Source: Clostridia bacterium (GTDB taxonomy: Bacteria > Bacillota > Clostridia > UMGS1840). Taken from it: DNA of 64,000 bases. This document shows, piece by piece, positions 20,042-29,892 of the stretch. Below the pieces are notes generated by a model, which was given only the letters and a program-made list of their open reading frames with translations, searched no databases and was not told the origin of the DNA. A program made the position numbers and the translations under genes. The stretch covers positions 69,258-133,257 of the forward strand of contig JAGBEY010000016.1 of NCBI GenBank assembly GCA_017936745.1, read 5' to 3'. Each line of letters begins with the position of its first letter. The stretch's first letter is position 1.

Positions 20042-21081
20042 ACTGTTTCACCTTCTTTCGATTTCTGAAATTCTGCTCTGCGGAGCTGCCCGCAAGCAGC
20101 ATTGATATCCGTTCCTAAGGTTCTTCTTACGGTGGCATTTAAGCCTCCGGAAAGAAGCATCTCCTGAAACTGACGGATTCGTTTCAGTTCTGACGGTGCC
20201 ATCGTGCCTCGTGCCGGATTAACCGGAATGAGATTCACATGGCACAGCATCCCTTTCAAATGCTGACACAATTCACGGGCGTGCTCAGGTCTATCATTGA
20301 CATCTTTAATTAAAGTATACTCAAAAGATACCCGTCGCCCTGTTTTGGCAAGATATCGTTTCACCGCTCCCAAAAGCTCGTGGTAAGGATATTTCTTAGA
20401 AACCGGCATAGTTTTATTCCGTATTCCGTCATTGGGAGCATGCAGCGAAATTGACAGTGTCAACGGCATATTTTCCTGTGCCAGACGGTCGATGCCGTCT
20501 ACCAGACCGCAGGTGGACAAGGAAATATGACGGTATCCGATATTGACGCCATGCTCGTCATTTACGTTTTTCAAAAAGCGGATAACATTGTCGTAATTGT
20601 CCAACGGCTCACCAATTCCCATCAACACAATGTTGGAAATCCGAACGCCCTCCGCCTTTGCGGTGAAAATGACCTGGTCTAAAATTTCACCTGCTTCTAA
20701 ATCCCGAACCTTTCCGCCAACGGTGGAGGCACAGAAGGTGCAACCCATATTGCATCCCACCTGGGTGGAAATGCAGATGCTCATTCCATGCTTATACTGC
20801 ATCAACACACTTTCTATGGTATTGCCATCCGAAAGCTCATATAAAAATTTCACCGTTTTGTCTTTGGAGGTTTCTTTCCGCAGAATTTTCAAGTCGGAAA
20901 TAAAGAAATCCTCCGACAGCTCTTCTGCCATTTTCTTGGAAATATCTGTCATCTGGGCAAAGGAAGTAACCCCCAGCGAAAGCCATTTGAACACCTGCTT
21001 GGCTCTGAATTTCTGGCGGTATTTCTGAACAAAATATTCTTCTAATTCTGTATAAAGCAAATTTTTGATATTTTGTTTCAA
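20038..21081 (-). CDS. rlmN: Dual-specificity RNA methyltransferase RlmN
   Basis: CISTQVGCNMGCTFC, MGIGEP, ISLHA and AACGQL. TTG start chosen downstream of RBS GGGAGA. Confidence 0.95.
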   Translation of the reverse strand: MKQNIKNLLYTELEEYFVQKYRQKFRAKQVFKWLSLGVTSFAQMTDISKKMAEELSEDFFISDLKILRKETSKDKTVKFLYELSDGNTIESVLMQYKHGMSICISTQVGCNMGCTFCASTVGGKVRDLEAGEILDQVIFTAKAEGVRISNIVLMGIGEPLDNYDNVIRFLKNVNDEHGVNIGYRHISLSTCGLVDGIDRLAQENMPLTLSISLHAPNDGIRNKTMPVSKKYPYHELLGAVKRYLAKTGRRVSFEYTLIKDVNDRPEHARELCQHLKGMLCHVNLIPVNPARGTMAPSELKRIRQFQEMLLSGGLNATVRRTLGTDINAACGQLRRAEFQKSKEGETV

Positions 21082-21106
21082 AATCAGATTCTCTCCCAAA
21101 TACGAT

Positions 21107-21904
21107 TTATAATGCAATTTTCTTAATAATTTTCTTCGGACATTTTTCCATACAAATGCCACAACCCACACATTTTTCGGAATCAATTTCTGCCAGGAAA
21201 TTGTCTACCTTCACAGCTTCTTCCGGGCAATTTTTTTCACAAAGCTTACAGCCGATACAGCCAGCCTTACATTCGTCCTTTACAACGCTTCCTTTGTCGG
21301 TATTCCGGCATTTTACCATATACCTGTCCTTAGGAGAAATAATGATAATCAGATTTTTCGGACAAGCCTGCACACATCTGCCACAGGCGGTACATTTATG
21401 AAAATCCACCACGGCGATGCCATTTTCTATCTTGATTGCACCAAAATTACAAACCTTAACACAAGAACCGTAGCCTAAACATCCGTTGGAACAAGCTTTG
21501 TAGCCCCCGCCAATCATTTTCGCTGCGGAAACACAATCCAAAATGCCGTCATACTGAAATTTGGTTGCGGCAACATCGGTGCATCCCTCACAGCGGACAA
21601 AGGCTGCTTTCTTCTCAAAGGCTTCTTCCTTGACTCCTAAAATGTTGGAAATCACTTTTGCGGTTTCAGCACCGCCAACAGGACAAACATTTGGTTTTGC
21701 TTTGCCCTCTATAATTGCCTGGGCACACTGAGAACAACCTGCATATCCGCAGCCGCCGCAATTGGCACCGGGCAATGCTTCCGTCACAAGAGGAAGTTTT
21801 TCATCTTGTTCCACATGAAATATTTTTGCCGCAATTCCCAGCAAAGCACCAAAAATCAACCCCATTGCGGAAATTGCAATTGTTGCACTGATAATATTCT
21901 GCAT
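21107..21904 (-). CDS. rnfB: Rnf complex subunit B
   Basis: N-terminal TM helix, LPGANCGGCGYAGC and multiple CxxCxxCxxxCP clusters. Confidence 0.95.
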   Translation of the reverse strand: MQNIISATIAISAMGLIFGALLGIAAKIFHVEQDEKLPLVTEALPGANCGGCGYAGCSQCAQAIIEGKAKPNVCPVGGAETAKVISNILGVKEEAFEKKAAFVRCEGCTDVAATKFQYDGILDCVSAAKMIGGGYKACSNGCLGYGSCVKVCNFGAIKIENGIAVVDFHKCTACGRCVQACPKNLIIIISPKDRYMVKCRNTDKGSVVKDECKAGCIGCKLCEKNCPEEAVKVDNFLAEIDSEKCVGCGICMEKCPKKIIKKIAL

Positions 21905-21922
21905 AGCTGCCTCCCCTTTTTC

Positions 21923-22510
21923 TTACAGTTTCATACCGGAAAATCCTAAGAACGCCATTGCAATTAAACCTGCCGACACCAAAGCGATGGGCATCCCCTT
22001 CATGAAGGAAGGAATGTTAGAGGTTTCCAACCGTTCTCTGACACCGGCAAACAGCCAGATTGCCAGCGTAAAGCTCAGCGCTGCGGCAATGCCGGAAACC
22101 AGACTTTCCAGAAAATTATAGCTTTTCTGCACATTTAAAATTGCTACCCCCAAAACCGCACAATTTGTAGTAATCAGAGGCAGATAAATTCCCAAAGAGG
22201 AATACAGCGGTGGACTTAATTTCATAATTGCCATTTCCACAATCTGCACCAATGCCGCAATCACCAGAATAAAGGCAATGGTTTGCAGATATTCCAGATG
22301 AAAGGGAACGAGGATATACTCATTCACAAGCCAAGACATGGCACTGGCAAGCGCCATAACAAAGGTAACCGCCATGCCCATTGCCAATGCAGTATCGGTC
22401 TTTTTAGACACCCCAAGAAACGGACAGCATCCCAAAAATTTTACCAATACAAAGTTTTCCACCAATAATGTGGTGATTAAAATAGAAAATAATTTTCCTG
22501 CATCAACCAT
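21923..22510 (-). CDS. rnfA: Rnf complex subunit A
   Basis: FLGCCPFLGVS and LPLITTNCAVLG. Confidence 0.95.
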   Translation of the reverse strand: MVDAGKLFSILITTLLVENFVLVKFLGCCPFLGVSKKTDTALAMGMAVTFVMALASAMSWLVNEYILVPFHLEYLQTIAFILVIAALVQIVEMAIMKLSPPLYSSLGIYLPLITTNCAVLGVAILNVQKSYNFLESLVSGIAAALSFTLAIWLFAGVRERLETSNIPSFMKGMPIALVSAGLIAMAFLGFSGMKL

Positions 22511-23099
22511 TTTTTGCGCCTCCTCTCGTTCTCATCAGGTTAATAACACCGAGCACAACCCCTAAAACAATAAAGCCTCCGGGCGGCAAAATCATCATAA
22601 TCGCCGGCGGATAGGAGCTGCCCAATACCGGGAAGCCAAGCAGAGTGCCGTTTCCTAATAATTCACGGATAGCGGACAAAATCACAAGTGCCGCTGTAAA
22701 TCCAAGCCCCATACACAAGCCGTCGATTGCTGACTTACCGGGGGTATTTTTAGATGCAAAGCTTTCTGCTCTTGCCAAAATAATACAATTTACAACAATC
22801 AAAGGGATAAACACGCCTAAAGATGCCGAAATCTCGGGAAGATATGCTTTCAATGCCATATCCACCGCAGTCACAAACCCTGCAATGATTACAATATAAG
22901 ACGCAATTCTGATTTTTGCCGGAATAAACTTTCTTAAAATGGAAATAAAAAGGTTTGAGCAAATAAGAACCGCAGTAGCAGAAAGCCCCATCCCCAAGCC
23001 GTTAATTACAGAGGTGGAAGTTCCCAATGTGGGACACATTCCCAAAAGCAGAACAAAAACCGGGTTTTCTGCAAACATTTTTTTGAAAAAAGCTTTCAT
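22503..23099 (-). CDS. rnfE: Rnf complex subunit E
   Basis: ENPVFVLLLGMCP, IPLIVVNCIILARAE and LPPGGF. Confidence 0.95.
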   Translation of the reverse strand: MKAFFKKMFAENPVFVLLLGMCPTLGTSTSVINGLGMGLSATAVLICSNLFISILRKFIPAKIRIASYIVIIAGFVTAVDMALKAYLPEISASLGVFIPLIVVNCIILARAESFASKNTPGKSAIDGLCMGLGFTAALVILSAIRELLGNGTLLGFPVLGSSYPPAIMMILPPGGFIVLGVVLGVINLMRTRGGAKNG

Positions 23100-23608
23100 T
23101 ATTTTGCCGCCTCCTTTGCCATTTCAGACGCCTGATTGATCGCACCGTTTACAGCTTTAGAAGTCACGGTTGCGCCGGTTAAAGCATCAATTTCTTCAAA
23201 GGCCTTTGCCTGTTGTCCTAAAAACTGAGAGGTGAAGCTCTCATCCTTTGCACGCGTTCCCAGTCCGGGAGTTTCCGACATAGAGATATATTCCATTCCG
23301 GTAATCCCAAATGCTTCATCAAACCCAATAATCATTTCAATTGCTCCCCCGTAGCCCTCCTGGGTTACTACATTGACAGCATATCCCACGGTTTTACCGT
23401 CTTTTGTTCCAATATAGACATTCTCATTTGCTTTTTCCAAATCACAATCGGGCAAAACTGCCTCCATTGCTTCTTTTTTCGCCGTTTCGGTCAATTGAGC
23501 AATCACAGGCTCGGTCACATAGTTGAGAGCAGACAATCCAAGAGCAATCACCAGACAAATCACAAATAATTTCAGTGCCAATACAAAAATGTTATCGTTT
23601 TGTTTCAT
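23099..23608 (-). CDS. rnfG: Rnf complex subunit G
   Basis: GYGG, ETPGLG and FMN-attachment motif DALTGATVTS. Start at MKQND (RBS GAGGGG). Confidence 0.93.
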   Translation of the reverse strand: MKQNDNIFVLALKLFVICLVIALGLSALNYVTEPVIAQLTETAKKEAMEAVLPDCDLEKANENVYIGTKDGKTVGYAVNVVTQEGYGGAIEMIIGFDEAFGITGMEYISMSETPGLGTRAKDESFTSQFLGQQAKAFEEIDALTGATVTSKAVNGAINQASEMAKEAAK

Positions 23609-23624
23609 TGGTATCTCCCCTCTC

Positions 23625-24575
23625 TTATGCACCGTATTTTTTCGGAATAACCAGTTTATCAATTTGGGGTGCTAAAATATTCACAAACAGAATGGAATAA
23701 CAAACCCCTTCCGGATAGCCGCCTTTTACACGGATAAAAATGGTGAGACAGCCAGCCAAAATTCCGGCAATTACATTGCCTGCCCGTGTGGTGGGAGAGG
23801 TAGTGTAGTCGGTCAGCATAAAGATACCGCCAAGTAAAACCCCACCGGTTAAAATGCTGGTTAAGGGGTCACCTGTCATAATCCCGTTGTATCCGAAGAA
23901 CCAACCTAAAAGTGCCACGGTTGCCACATAGGAAACCGTAATATGAGGCTGAATTATTTTTCTCGCCCATAAATAGAGAAATCCTAAAATCAGTGCCAAG
24001 GCACAAACCTCGCCTATGCATCCGCCCATATTTCCCAAAAACATATCAAGATAACCGATATCGAGAGTTTCTCCTGCTTTTAACAGCTTTAATGGGGTTG
24101 CACCGGTTACCGCCTCTACTGCACCGGTCTTGTAATAAAAGGGCTTTGCCCAGGTGGTCATCGGTAAGGAATAGGATGCTAAAAGAAAGGCTCTTCCTGC
24201 CAGTGCCGGATTGATAAAGTTGTTCCCTAAGCCTCCGAAAAGACATTTTGCAACAATAATCGCAAAAAAGCTTCCTACAATGGGGATGTAAAGCGGAACA
24301 CCAACGGGGAGGGTTAACGCCAACAGCACACCCGTAATTGCCGCACTCAAATCAAAAATGGTGGTCGGTTTTTTCATAATTATGCACCACAAATGTTCAA
24401 ACAACATTGCAGAACAAACCGAAACCCCAATGAGAATCAACGCTCGGATTCCAAAAATCCACGTTGCTGCAATCACTGCAGGAATCAAGGCAATGAGGAC
24501 ATTTCCCATCAGTTTACTTGTTCCGTAAGAAGTTTGAATATGGGGTGAATTTGATACAATCAGTTTTTCATTCAT
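23625..24575 (-). CDS. rnfD: Rnf complex subunit D
   Basis: SPH, GGLGNNFINPA, FMN site TGATPL, GCIGE and TDYTTSP. Confidence 0.95.
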   Translation of the reverse strand: MNEKLIVSNSPHIQTSYGTSKLMGNVLIALIPAVIAATWIFGIRALILIGVSVCSAMLFEHLWCIIMKKPTTIFDLSAAITGVLLALTLPVGVPLYIPIVGSFFAIIVAKCLFGGLGNNFINPALAGRAFLLASYSLPMTTWAKPFYYKTGAVEAVTGATPLKLLKAGETLDIGYLDMFLGNMGGCIGEVCALALILGFLYLWARKIIQPHITVSYVATVALLGWFFGYNGIMTGDPLTSILTGGVLLGGIFMLTDYTTSPTTRAGNVIAGILAGCLTIFIRVKGGYPEGVCYSILFVNILAPQIDKLVIPKKYGA

Positions 24576-24648
24576 AATCTATTCCACTCAGTTACTAAAA
24601 AAGTAACTGCTTCTATCCTTTCTGAACTGAAATTTCAACCATTTCTCC

Positions 24649-25950
24649 TTATTTTTTCGGTAAACTTGCTTTTGCAATCCGGATGGTTTGAATCAGATGC
24701 CGTCTGGAGGGGCAGATATAACTGCAAGTACCGCACTCCATACAATCCTTGAGTCCGTATTTTACCGCACCATCCAAATCATTCAACTCTGCGTGCTGCA
24801 TAATTTTAAAGGGCATAAGCCGCATGGGGCAATGCTTCACACATCTTCCGCATCGGAGACAATCGGAGGGTTCATAGTGCTTATATTCCTTATCGGTAAA
24901 GAACAAGAGTCCGGAGGTGCCCTTGATAACAGGGGCATCCAGTGTATACTGTGCCGCACCCATCATGGGACCGCCTGCCAGCACTTTCTTAATGCCCTCT
25001 TTCACACCGGTCTTCTCTGCCAGATAAGAAAGTGGTGTACCGATTCTGACTAAAAAGTTGCCGGGATTTTCCACACCGCTTCCGGAAACGGTTACCACTC
25101 TTTTTACAAGGGGCATACCGGTACGCAGTGCTGTGGAAATTTCTGCTGCAGAAGCAACATTCTGCACTACAACGCCGGCATCAATAGGCAAGGCACCGGA
25201 TTTCACTTCCCGTTTTAGAACAGAATCAATCAGCTGCTTTTCGCTGCCCTGCGGATATTTGGTTTTCACCAGTATCACTTCTATCTGAGGTTCATTTTTG
25301 CATTTTTCCTTAAGAAGTGCATAGGCATCTTTTTTATTATCCTCAATGGCAATATAGCCGCGGCTGACAGAAAGAATTTTCATCATAATTTTCAAACCGT
25401 CAATCACATCCTCAGGATGCTCCAGCATCACACGATGGTCAGCTGTTAAAAACGGCTCACATTCCGCACCGTTTAAAATAACGGCGTCAGCTTTCTTACC
25501 CTCCGGCGGAGACAGCTTGATAAAAGTGGGAAAGGTTGCTCCCCCCATCCCGACAATGCCTGCTTCTTTTACGGCATCAATCAGCTCTTTCGGAGAAAGG
25601 CTATCTATATCGCGAGGTTTTACTGTTTCGCAAACCGTGTCCTGAAAATCATTTTCAATCACAACAGATAACACAGTTCCCAGTCCGGTATGAGGACGTG
25701 GTTCCACCGCAATAACCTTCCCTGAAACCGAGGAATGAACCGGAACAGATACAAAACCGCTTGGTTCGCCGATTTTCTGCCCGATTTTCACCTCATCTCC
25801 TATCTTCACCAAGGGGGTGCAAGGAGCACCGATATGCTGAGACATGGGAATGGAAAGAATCGCAGGAGGAGTTAAGGTAACAATTTCTTTTTTTTCTGTT
25901 AAGTGCTTCCGTTCTTCCGGATGGAAGCCGCCCTTGAATGTTCGCGCCAT
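24649..25950 (-). CDS. rnfC: Rnf complex subunit C
   Basis: QHIGAP, GIVGMGGATFP, NGAECEP, YPQGSEK and two 4Fe-4S motifs. Confidence 0.96.
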   Translation of the reverse strand: MARTFKGGFHPEERKHLTEKKEIVTLTPPAILSIPMSQHIGAPCTPLVKIGDEVKIGQKIGEPSGFVSVPVHSSVSGKVIAVEPRPHTGLGTVLSVVIENDFQDTVCETVKPRDIDSLSPKELIDAVKEAGIVGMGGATFPTFIKLSPPEGKKADAVILNGAECEPFLTADHRVMLEHPEDVIDGLKIMMKILSVSRGYIAIEDNKKDAYALLKEKCKNEPQIEVILVKTKYPQGSEKQLIDSVLKREVKSGALPIDAGVVVQNVASAAEISTALRTGMPLVKRVVTVSGSGVENPGNFLVRIGTPLSYLAEKTGVKEGIKKVLAGGPMMGAAQYTLDAPVIKGTSGLLFFTDKEYKHYEPSDCLRCGRCVKHCPMRLMPFKIMQHAELNDLDGAVKYGLKDCMECGTCSYICPSRRHLIQTIRIAKASLPKK

Positions 25951-26025
25951 ATTGAAAATACCCTCCTTAGGATTAACAGCAATGCTGTCTTTTTCTTAAT
26001 ATAAAAATCATCGGAATATACTGAA

Positions 26026-27801
26026 TTATAATGTAGAGTCCGGCTCGTTAGACGGATTTTCCGGTGCAATGGTTGCAACCGGCTCAGTTGTATTCTCCGG
26101 GGTTACAACGGGAGTGGGTGCTATGGTAGATTCCGGAGTTGCCTCCGGTGCAGGAGTCGCACTCGGAGTTGCACTGGGTGATACAATTTCCACGGGAGAA
26201 GTGGGTTCCGGAGTGACCGCCGGATTGTCCGACGGTACGGGAGTTTCCTCCGGATTCAGTACCGTGGGAACTCCTGTTTCGACCAGCCCTTTATCGCTGG
26301 TTTCAATAATTTTCGTAAGCGGAACATAATTGGAAACGCCCAGATTATCAGTACGAATGACGGTTCCTGCGGCATCCTTCACAATACGATATGCCTGCAC
26401 CTTTACCCCGTCGTACCCTGCCTGAGTTACTTTTTCCTCACCAGGTTCAAGTGCTTCGTTATATTCATATTTTACACCGCGGGCAGTAGAACCCAACTGT
26501 TTTGTGGTAAGCTCTACGGTATTGTTGTTTTCCTTGGTTCCCCAAACTTCAACAGTCATATTCCCATTCACAGCAGAAGCTTTGATACGGATGGGGTTTT
26601 GCAGACTGTTCTGAAATTTGAAGTCAATAGAGCCATACACAACCGTGGCATCAATCCCGTTTTTCGCATAAGATACCACGAAATTATGGTTTCTTCGTTC
26701 CACAATTTTCAAATCGCTGTATAACACTGCCGGATAAATCGTAGAGGACACCTGACAGATACCGCCGCCTGTACCGTCTACCACTTTATCGGACAAGAAA
26801 ATTTTCGCATCTTTAAATCCATTTTCGTAGGAACGCTTTCCTACCACTTTATTAAAAGAAAAAATATCACCGGGATTCAACACCGTTCCGTTTACTTTCT
26901 TTGCTGCCAGCTTTACATTTGCCGAACGGGAAACCTCCCCTTCGTTATATCGGGTGGTGTAAGTCGCCAGACGGTTGGGAAAAGCATCCTCTGCCAAATC
27001 ATCGGTATACACCTTTGGTTTTAACACGGTAAGAGGAACCTGAAACTCGGTTTCTTCCGCGCTTAATTTGGAAAGCAACACATCTTCATCCAGAGAAAGA
27101 CCAACCTGATGGGGAATCACACGGTTTTTCCCATCCACTTTTTCCAGTTTTGCATCCATAACAGGAACATTGATTTCCGCCTTCACTTCTTCCACAGTGG
27201 GAGGAGCAGAGGGAGCCTGTTTCATAGTGTATCTCTCTGAAATTTCAGGGTATGTAGTTAAAATCTCGGTATATAACTGATTGGTGTCATAGCTTGTGAC
27301 ATCAGTTTTTATCACAATGGTTGCAACGTTATTTTCAATGGTATAATCAAATTTTTTTGCATTGAGATCTTTTTCGGTGAGAAGTGTGTCAATTACAGTG
27401 GCAAACATTTCCGGGTCTGATACCACAGTTGCGGTAACCGGTGTTTTGAAAAGGCGTGCTTTTAAAGCCTGAAAGAAATTGTCCTTCCCAGCTCTGCGGA
27501 GGTTTTCCATTGTTTTATCTTTATCAATGGAAAAGCCGGCAGAGTTTAAATCCAGCGTAATTTCCTGGTCGGAAACTGCTACCTGAACCACCTTCGGTTT
27601 TCCGATTTCAACATCTAACAGCTGAGAAATTTCTTCCTCGGTTTTTCCGCCCACCATAACGGAATTCAACGTAACACCGCTGGTGACCTTAGCAGAATGG
27701 TAAGCATCATAGTATGATAACCCGCTTATCATCAACATCAACGCCCCAAGTAAGGCACAAACTGAAATGATGATGCTTTTTTTTGTGAAAAACTTTTGCA
27801 T
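26026..27801 (-). CDS. VanW-family membrane-anchored protein with G5 domain and Pro/Thr-rich tail
   Basis: N-terminal TM helix, VanW signatures FSFNKVVG and GGGICQVSST, G5-like GxxG segment, and a PT-rich C-terminus. Confidence 0.88.
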   Translation of the reverse strand: MQKFFTKKSIIISVCALLGALMLMISGLSYYDAYHSAKVTSGVTLNSVMVGGKTEEEISQLLDVEIGKPKVVQVAVSDQEITLDLNSAGFSIDKDKTMENLRRAGKDNFFQALKARLFKTPVTATVVSDPEMFATVIDTLLTEKDLNAKKFDYTIENNVATIVIKTDVTSYDTNQLYTEILTTYPEISERYTMKQAPSAPPTVEEVKAEINVPVMDAKLEKVDGKNRVIPHQVGLSLDEDVLLSKLSAEETEFQVPLTVLKPKVYTDDLAEDAFPNRLATYTTRYNEGEVSRSANVKLAAKKVNGTVLNPGDIFSFNKVVGKRSYENGFKDAKIFLSDKVVDGTGGGICQVSSTIYPAVLYSDLKIVERRNHNFVVSYAKNGIDATVVYGSIDFKFQNSLQNPIRIKASAVNGNMTVEVWGTKENNNTVELTTKQLGSTARGVKYEYNEALEPGEEKVTQAGYDGVKVQAYRIVKDAAGTVIRTDNLGVSNYVPLTKIIETSDKGLVETGVPTVLNPEETPVPSDNPAVTPEPTSPVEIVSPSATPSATPAPEATPESTIAPTPVVTPENTTEPVATIAPENPSNEPDSTL

Positions 27802-27823
27802 ACCTGATATCCCCTTAACAAAT

Positions 27824-29047
27824 TTATTCCCCAAAATAATATGTTTTTTGCTCCGGTGTCAAGGCATCCAGCCCGGCACCCAGTGCATTCAATTTGATAC
27901 GCGCAATGCTGCGGTTAATTTCCTCCGGCAGATAAATCATACCGGGCTTCAATTTATCTTTATGCTCTTTCAAATATTGTAATGCCAACGCCTGTACGGA
28001 AAAGCTCATATCCATAATTTCCGCCGGATGTCCGTCTCCTGCTGCCAGATTTACCAATCTGCCTTCTGCAAGTAAGTGAATTTCGTTCCCGTTTTGTAAA
28101 GTATAGGTTTCGATATTCTGACGGGTTTCTTCGTGGGAAACACTTAAGGCGTTTAAGTCATCCTTGTTGATTTCCACATCGAAATGCCCTGCATTGGCGA
28201 GCACTGCACCGTTTTTCATCACTTTAAAGTGTTCTTTTGTAATAACATCCTTGCAGCCGGTTAAGGTAACAAAATAATCACCCAATCTTGCCGCATCGTC
28301 CATTTTCATCACGGTGTGACCATCCATCACTGCTTCAATTGCCTTAATTTCGTCAATTTCGGTAATAATGACCTTTGCCCCCAAGCCCTTTGCCCGGAGT
28401 GCTGCACCCCGTCCACACCAGCCATAGCCTGCAATGACCACTGTTTTCCCTGCAACCACCAGGTTTGTAGTGCGGTTAATGCCGTCCCAAACGGACTGCC
28501 CCGTGCCATAACGGTTATCAAATAAAAATTTCATCATAGCATCGTTCGCCGCAATGATAGGATACTTAATTTCGCCTTTTTGTGCTAAATTTTTCAAACG
28601 ATTCACACCGGTAGTGGTTTCTTCTGTACCGCCAATCAATTTGTCGGCAAGGTGAGGCATTTTATGATGAATAATATCGGTCAGGTCTCCCCCGTCGTCT
28701 AAAATCAAATCAGGGCCGTCTGATAAGGATTCCTCCAGATGCTTCTGGTATTCCTCCATAGAAACACCGTGCTTTGCACAAACACGGATACCATCATTGC
28801 GAAGTGCTTCGCAAACGTCATCCTGAGTAGATAAGGGGTTACAGCCCGTTGCTGTTACAATAGCACCCGCGTTCTGAAGCATTTTTACAAAGCAGGCGGT
28901 TTTTGCCTCCAGATGAATACAAACGGTAATTTTCAAGCCGGAAAACACCTGATTTTTTACAAAATCCTTTTCAATTTCTGTTAAAACGGGCATAAATCGT
29001 TTTGCCCATGCGATTTTTTTCTGACCGCTTAATACCAAATCGTTCAT
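27824..29047 (-). CDS. ahcY: S-adenosylhomocysteine hydrolase
   Basis: HLEAKT, NPLSTQD, EETTTG, KFLFDNRYGTGQS, GYGWCGRG and GHPAEIMDMSF. Confidence 0.96.
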   Translation of the reverse strand: MNDLVLSGQKKIAWAKRFMPVLTEIEKDFVKNQVFSGLKITVCIHLEAKTACFVKMLQNAGAIVTATGCNPLSTQDDVCEALRNDGIRVCAKHGVSMEEYQKHLEESLSDGPDLILDDGGDLTDIIHHKMPHLADKLIGGTEETTTGVNRLKNLAQKGEIKYPIIAANDAMMKFLFDNRYGTGQSVWDGINRTTNLVVAGKTVVIAGYGWCGRGAALRAKGLGAKVIITEIDEIKAIEAVMDGHTVMKMDDAARLGDYFVTLTGCKDVITKEHFKVMKNGAVLANAGHFDVEINKDDLNALSVSHEETRQNIETYTLQNGNEIHLLAEGRLVNLAAGDGHPAEIMDMSFSVQALALQYLKEHKDKLKPGMIYLPEEINRSIARIKLNALGAGLDALTPEQKTYYFGE

Positions 29048-29069
29048 AAATTTTATCCTCTATCAAAAA

Positions 29070-29876
29070 TTATAATAACTGCATCAGTTCTCTTAACACC
29101 TTCCAGAAGGTTTCGGTGGCACGTCTGCCCTCCTCCATCACTTCCTCGTGAGAAAGGGGTGCTTTGGAAATGCCTGCCGCCAAATTGGAAATCAGGGAAA
29201 TCCCCAAAACTTCCATTCCGCAGTGATTGGCTACAATTACCTCGGGAACAGTGGACATCCCTACCATATCAGCACCTAAAATGCCAAGCGCACGGATTTC
29301 CGCCGGGGTTTCAAACTGGGGTCCTCCCATCATAGCATAAACACCGGTTTTATAAGGAAGCTGCAGTGCTTCAAAGGCTTTTTGTGCCTTTTCCCGTAAT
29401 GCAAGGGAGTAGGCACAAGACATATCGTGAAAGCGAGGGCCGAAGCTGTCATCATTAGGGCCAAACAAGGGGCTTTGTAAGCCCAATTTGATATGGTCGG
29501 AAATCACAACCAGATCCCCGGCTTTAAAATCGGGGTTAATTCCACCTGTGGCATTGGTTAAAATCAGATTTTTAACACCGATAAGCTTCAGCACTCTCAC
29601 ATAAAAGGTAACCTCTCCCAAGGAATACCCCTCATAAAAGTGAAATCTGCCCGAAAGAAAGACCACATTTTTCCCCATAAAAGAGGCAAACACCAGCTCT
29701 CCCTTATGCCCCGGCACCGTGGAAACGGGAAAACCGGGGATATCGGAGTAGGATATGGTTGTTTTTTGGGGTAATTTGTCGATTAAGCTGCCATAGCCTG
29801 AGCCAAGCACCACGCAGGTGTCAAACACACCGCTCACTCGTTGGCGGATAAAATCTGCCGCCGCCTGATAGTTCAT
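29070..29876 (-). CDS. Purine-nucleoside phosphorylase (trimeric PNP/PunA family)
   Basis: LGSG, GRFHFYEG, GPQFETPAE, VGMSTVPE and SNLAAG. Start at MNYQAAA (RBS AAGGAG). Confidence 0.92.
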   Translation of the reverse strand: MNYQAAADFIRQRVSGVFDTCVVLGSGYGSLIDKLPQKTTISYSDIPGFPVSTVPGHKGELVFASFMGKNVVFLSGRFHFYEGYSLGEVTFYVRVLKLIGVKNLILTNATGGINPDFKAGDLVVISDHIKLGLQSPLFGPNDDSFGPRFHDMSCAYSLALREKAQKAFEALQLPYKTGVYAMMGGPQFETPAEIRALGILGADMVGMSTVPEVIVANHCGMEVLGISLISNLAAGISKAPLSHEEVMEEGRRATETFWKVLRELMQLL

Positions 29877-29892
29877 AAAAATTCTCCTTGTA

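Noticed and set aside
24576-24648. Micro-ORFs (MVEISVQKG; a 16-codon TTG ORF) and a CAGTTACT/AGTAACTG hairpin between rnfC and rnfD
   Set aside because: RBS spacing is too short for the ATG ORF, and nothing beyond an RBS supports the TTG ORF; the hairpin alone is too weak to call.
26040-26280. Repetitive-looking DNA (CCGGAGT-like units) at the VanW 3' end
   Set aside because: Explained by the Pro/Thr/Glu-rich linker; not a CRISPR array or tandem repeat locus.
26026-27801. VanW as evidence of vancomycin resistance
   Set aside because: No vanA/B/H/X/R/S genes nearby; VanW-domain proteins are common cell-envelope proteins.
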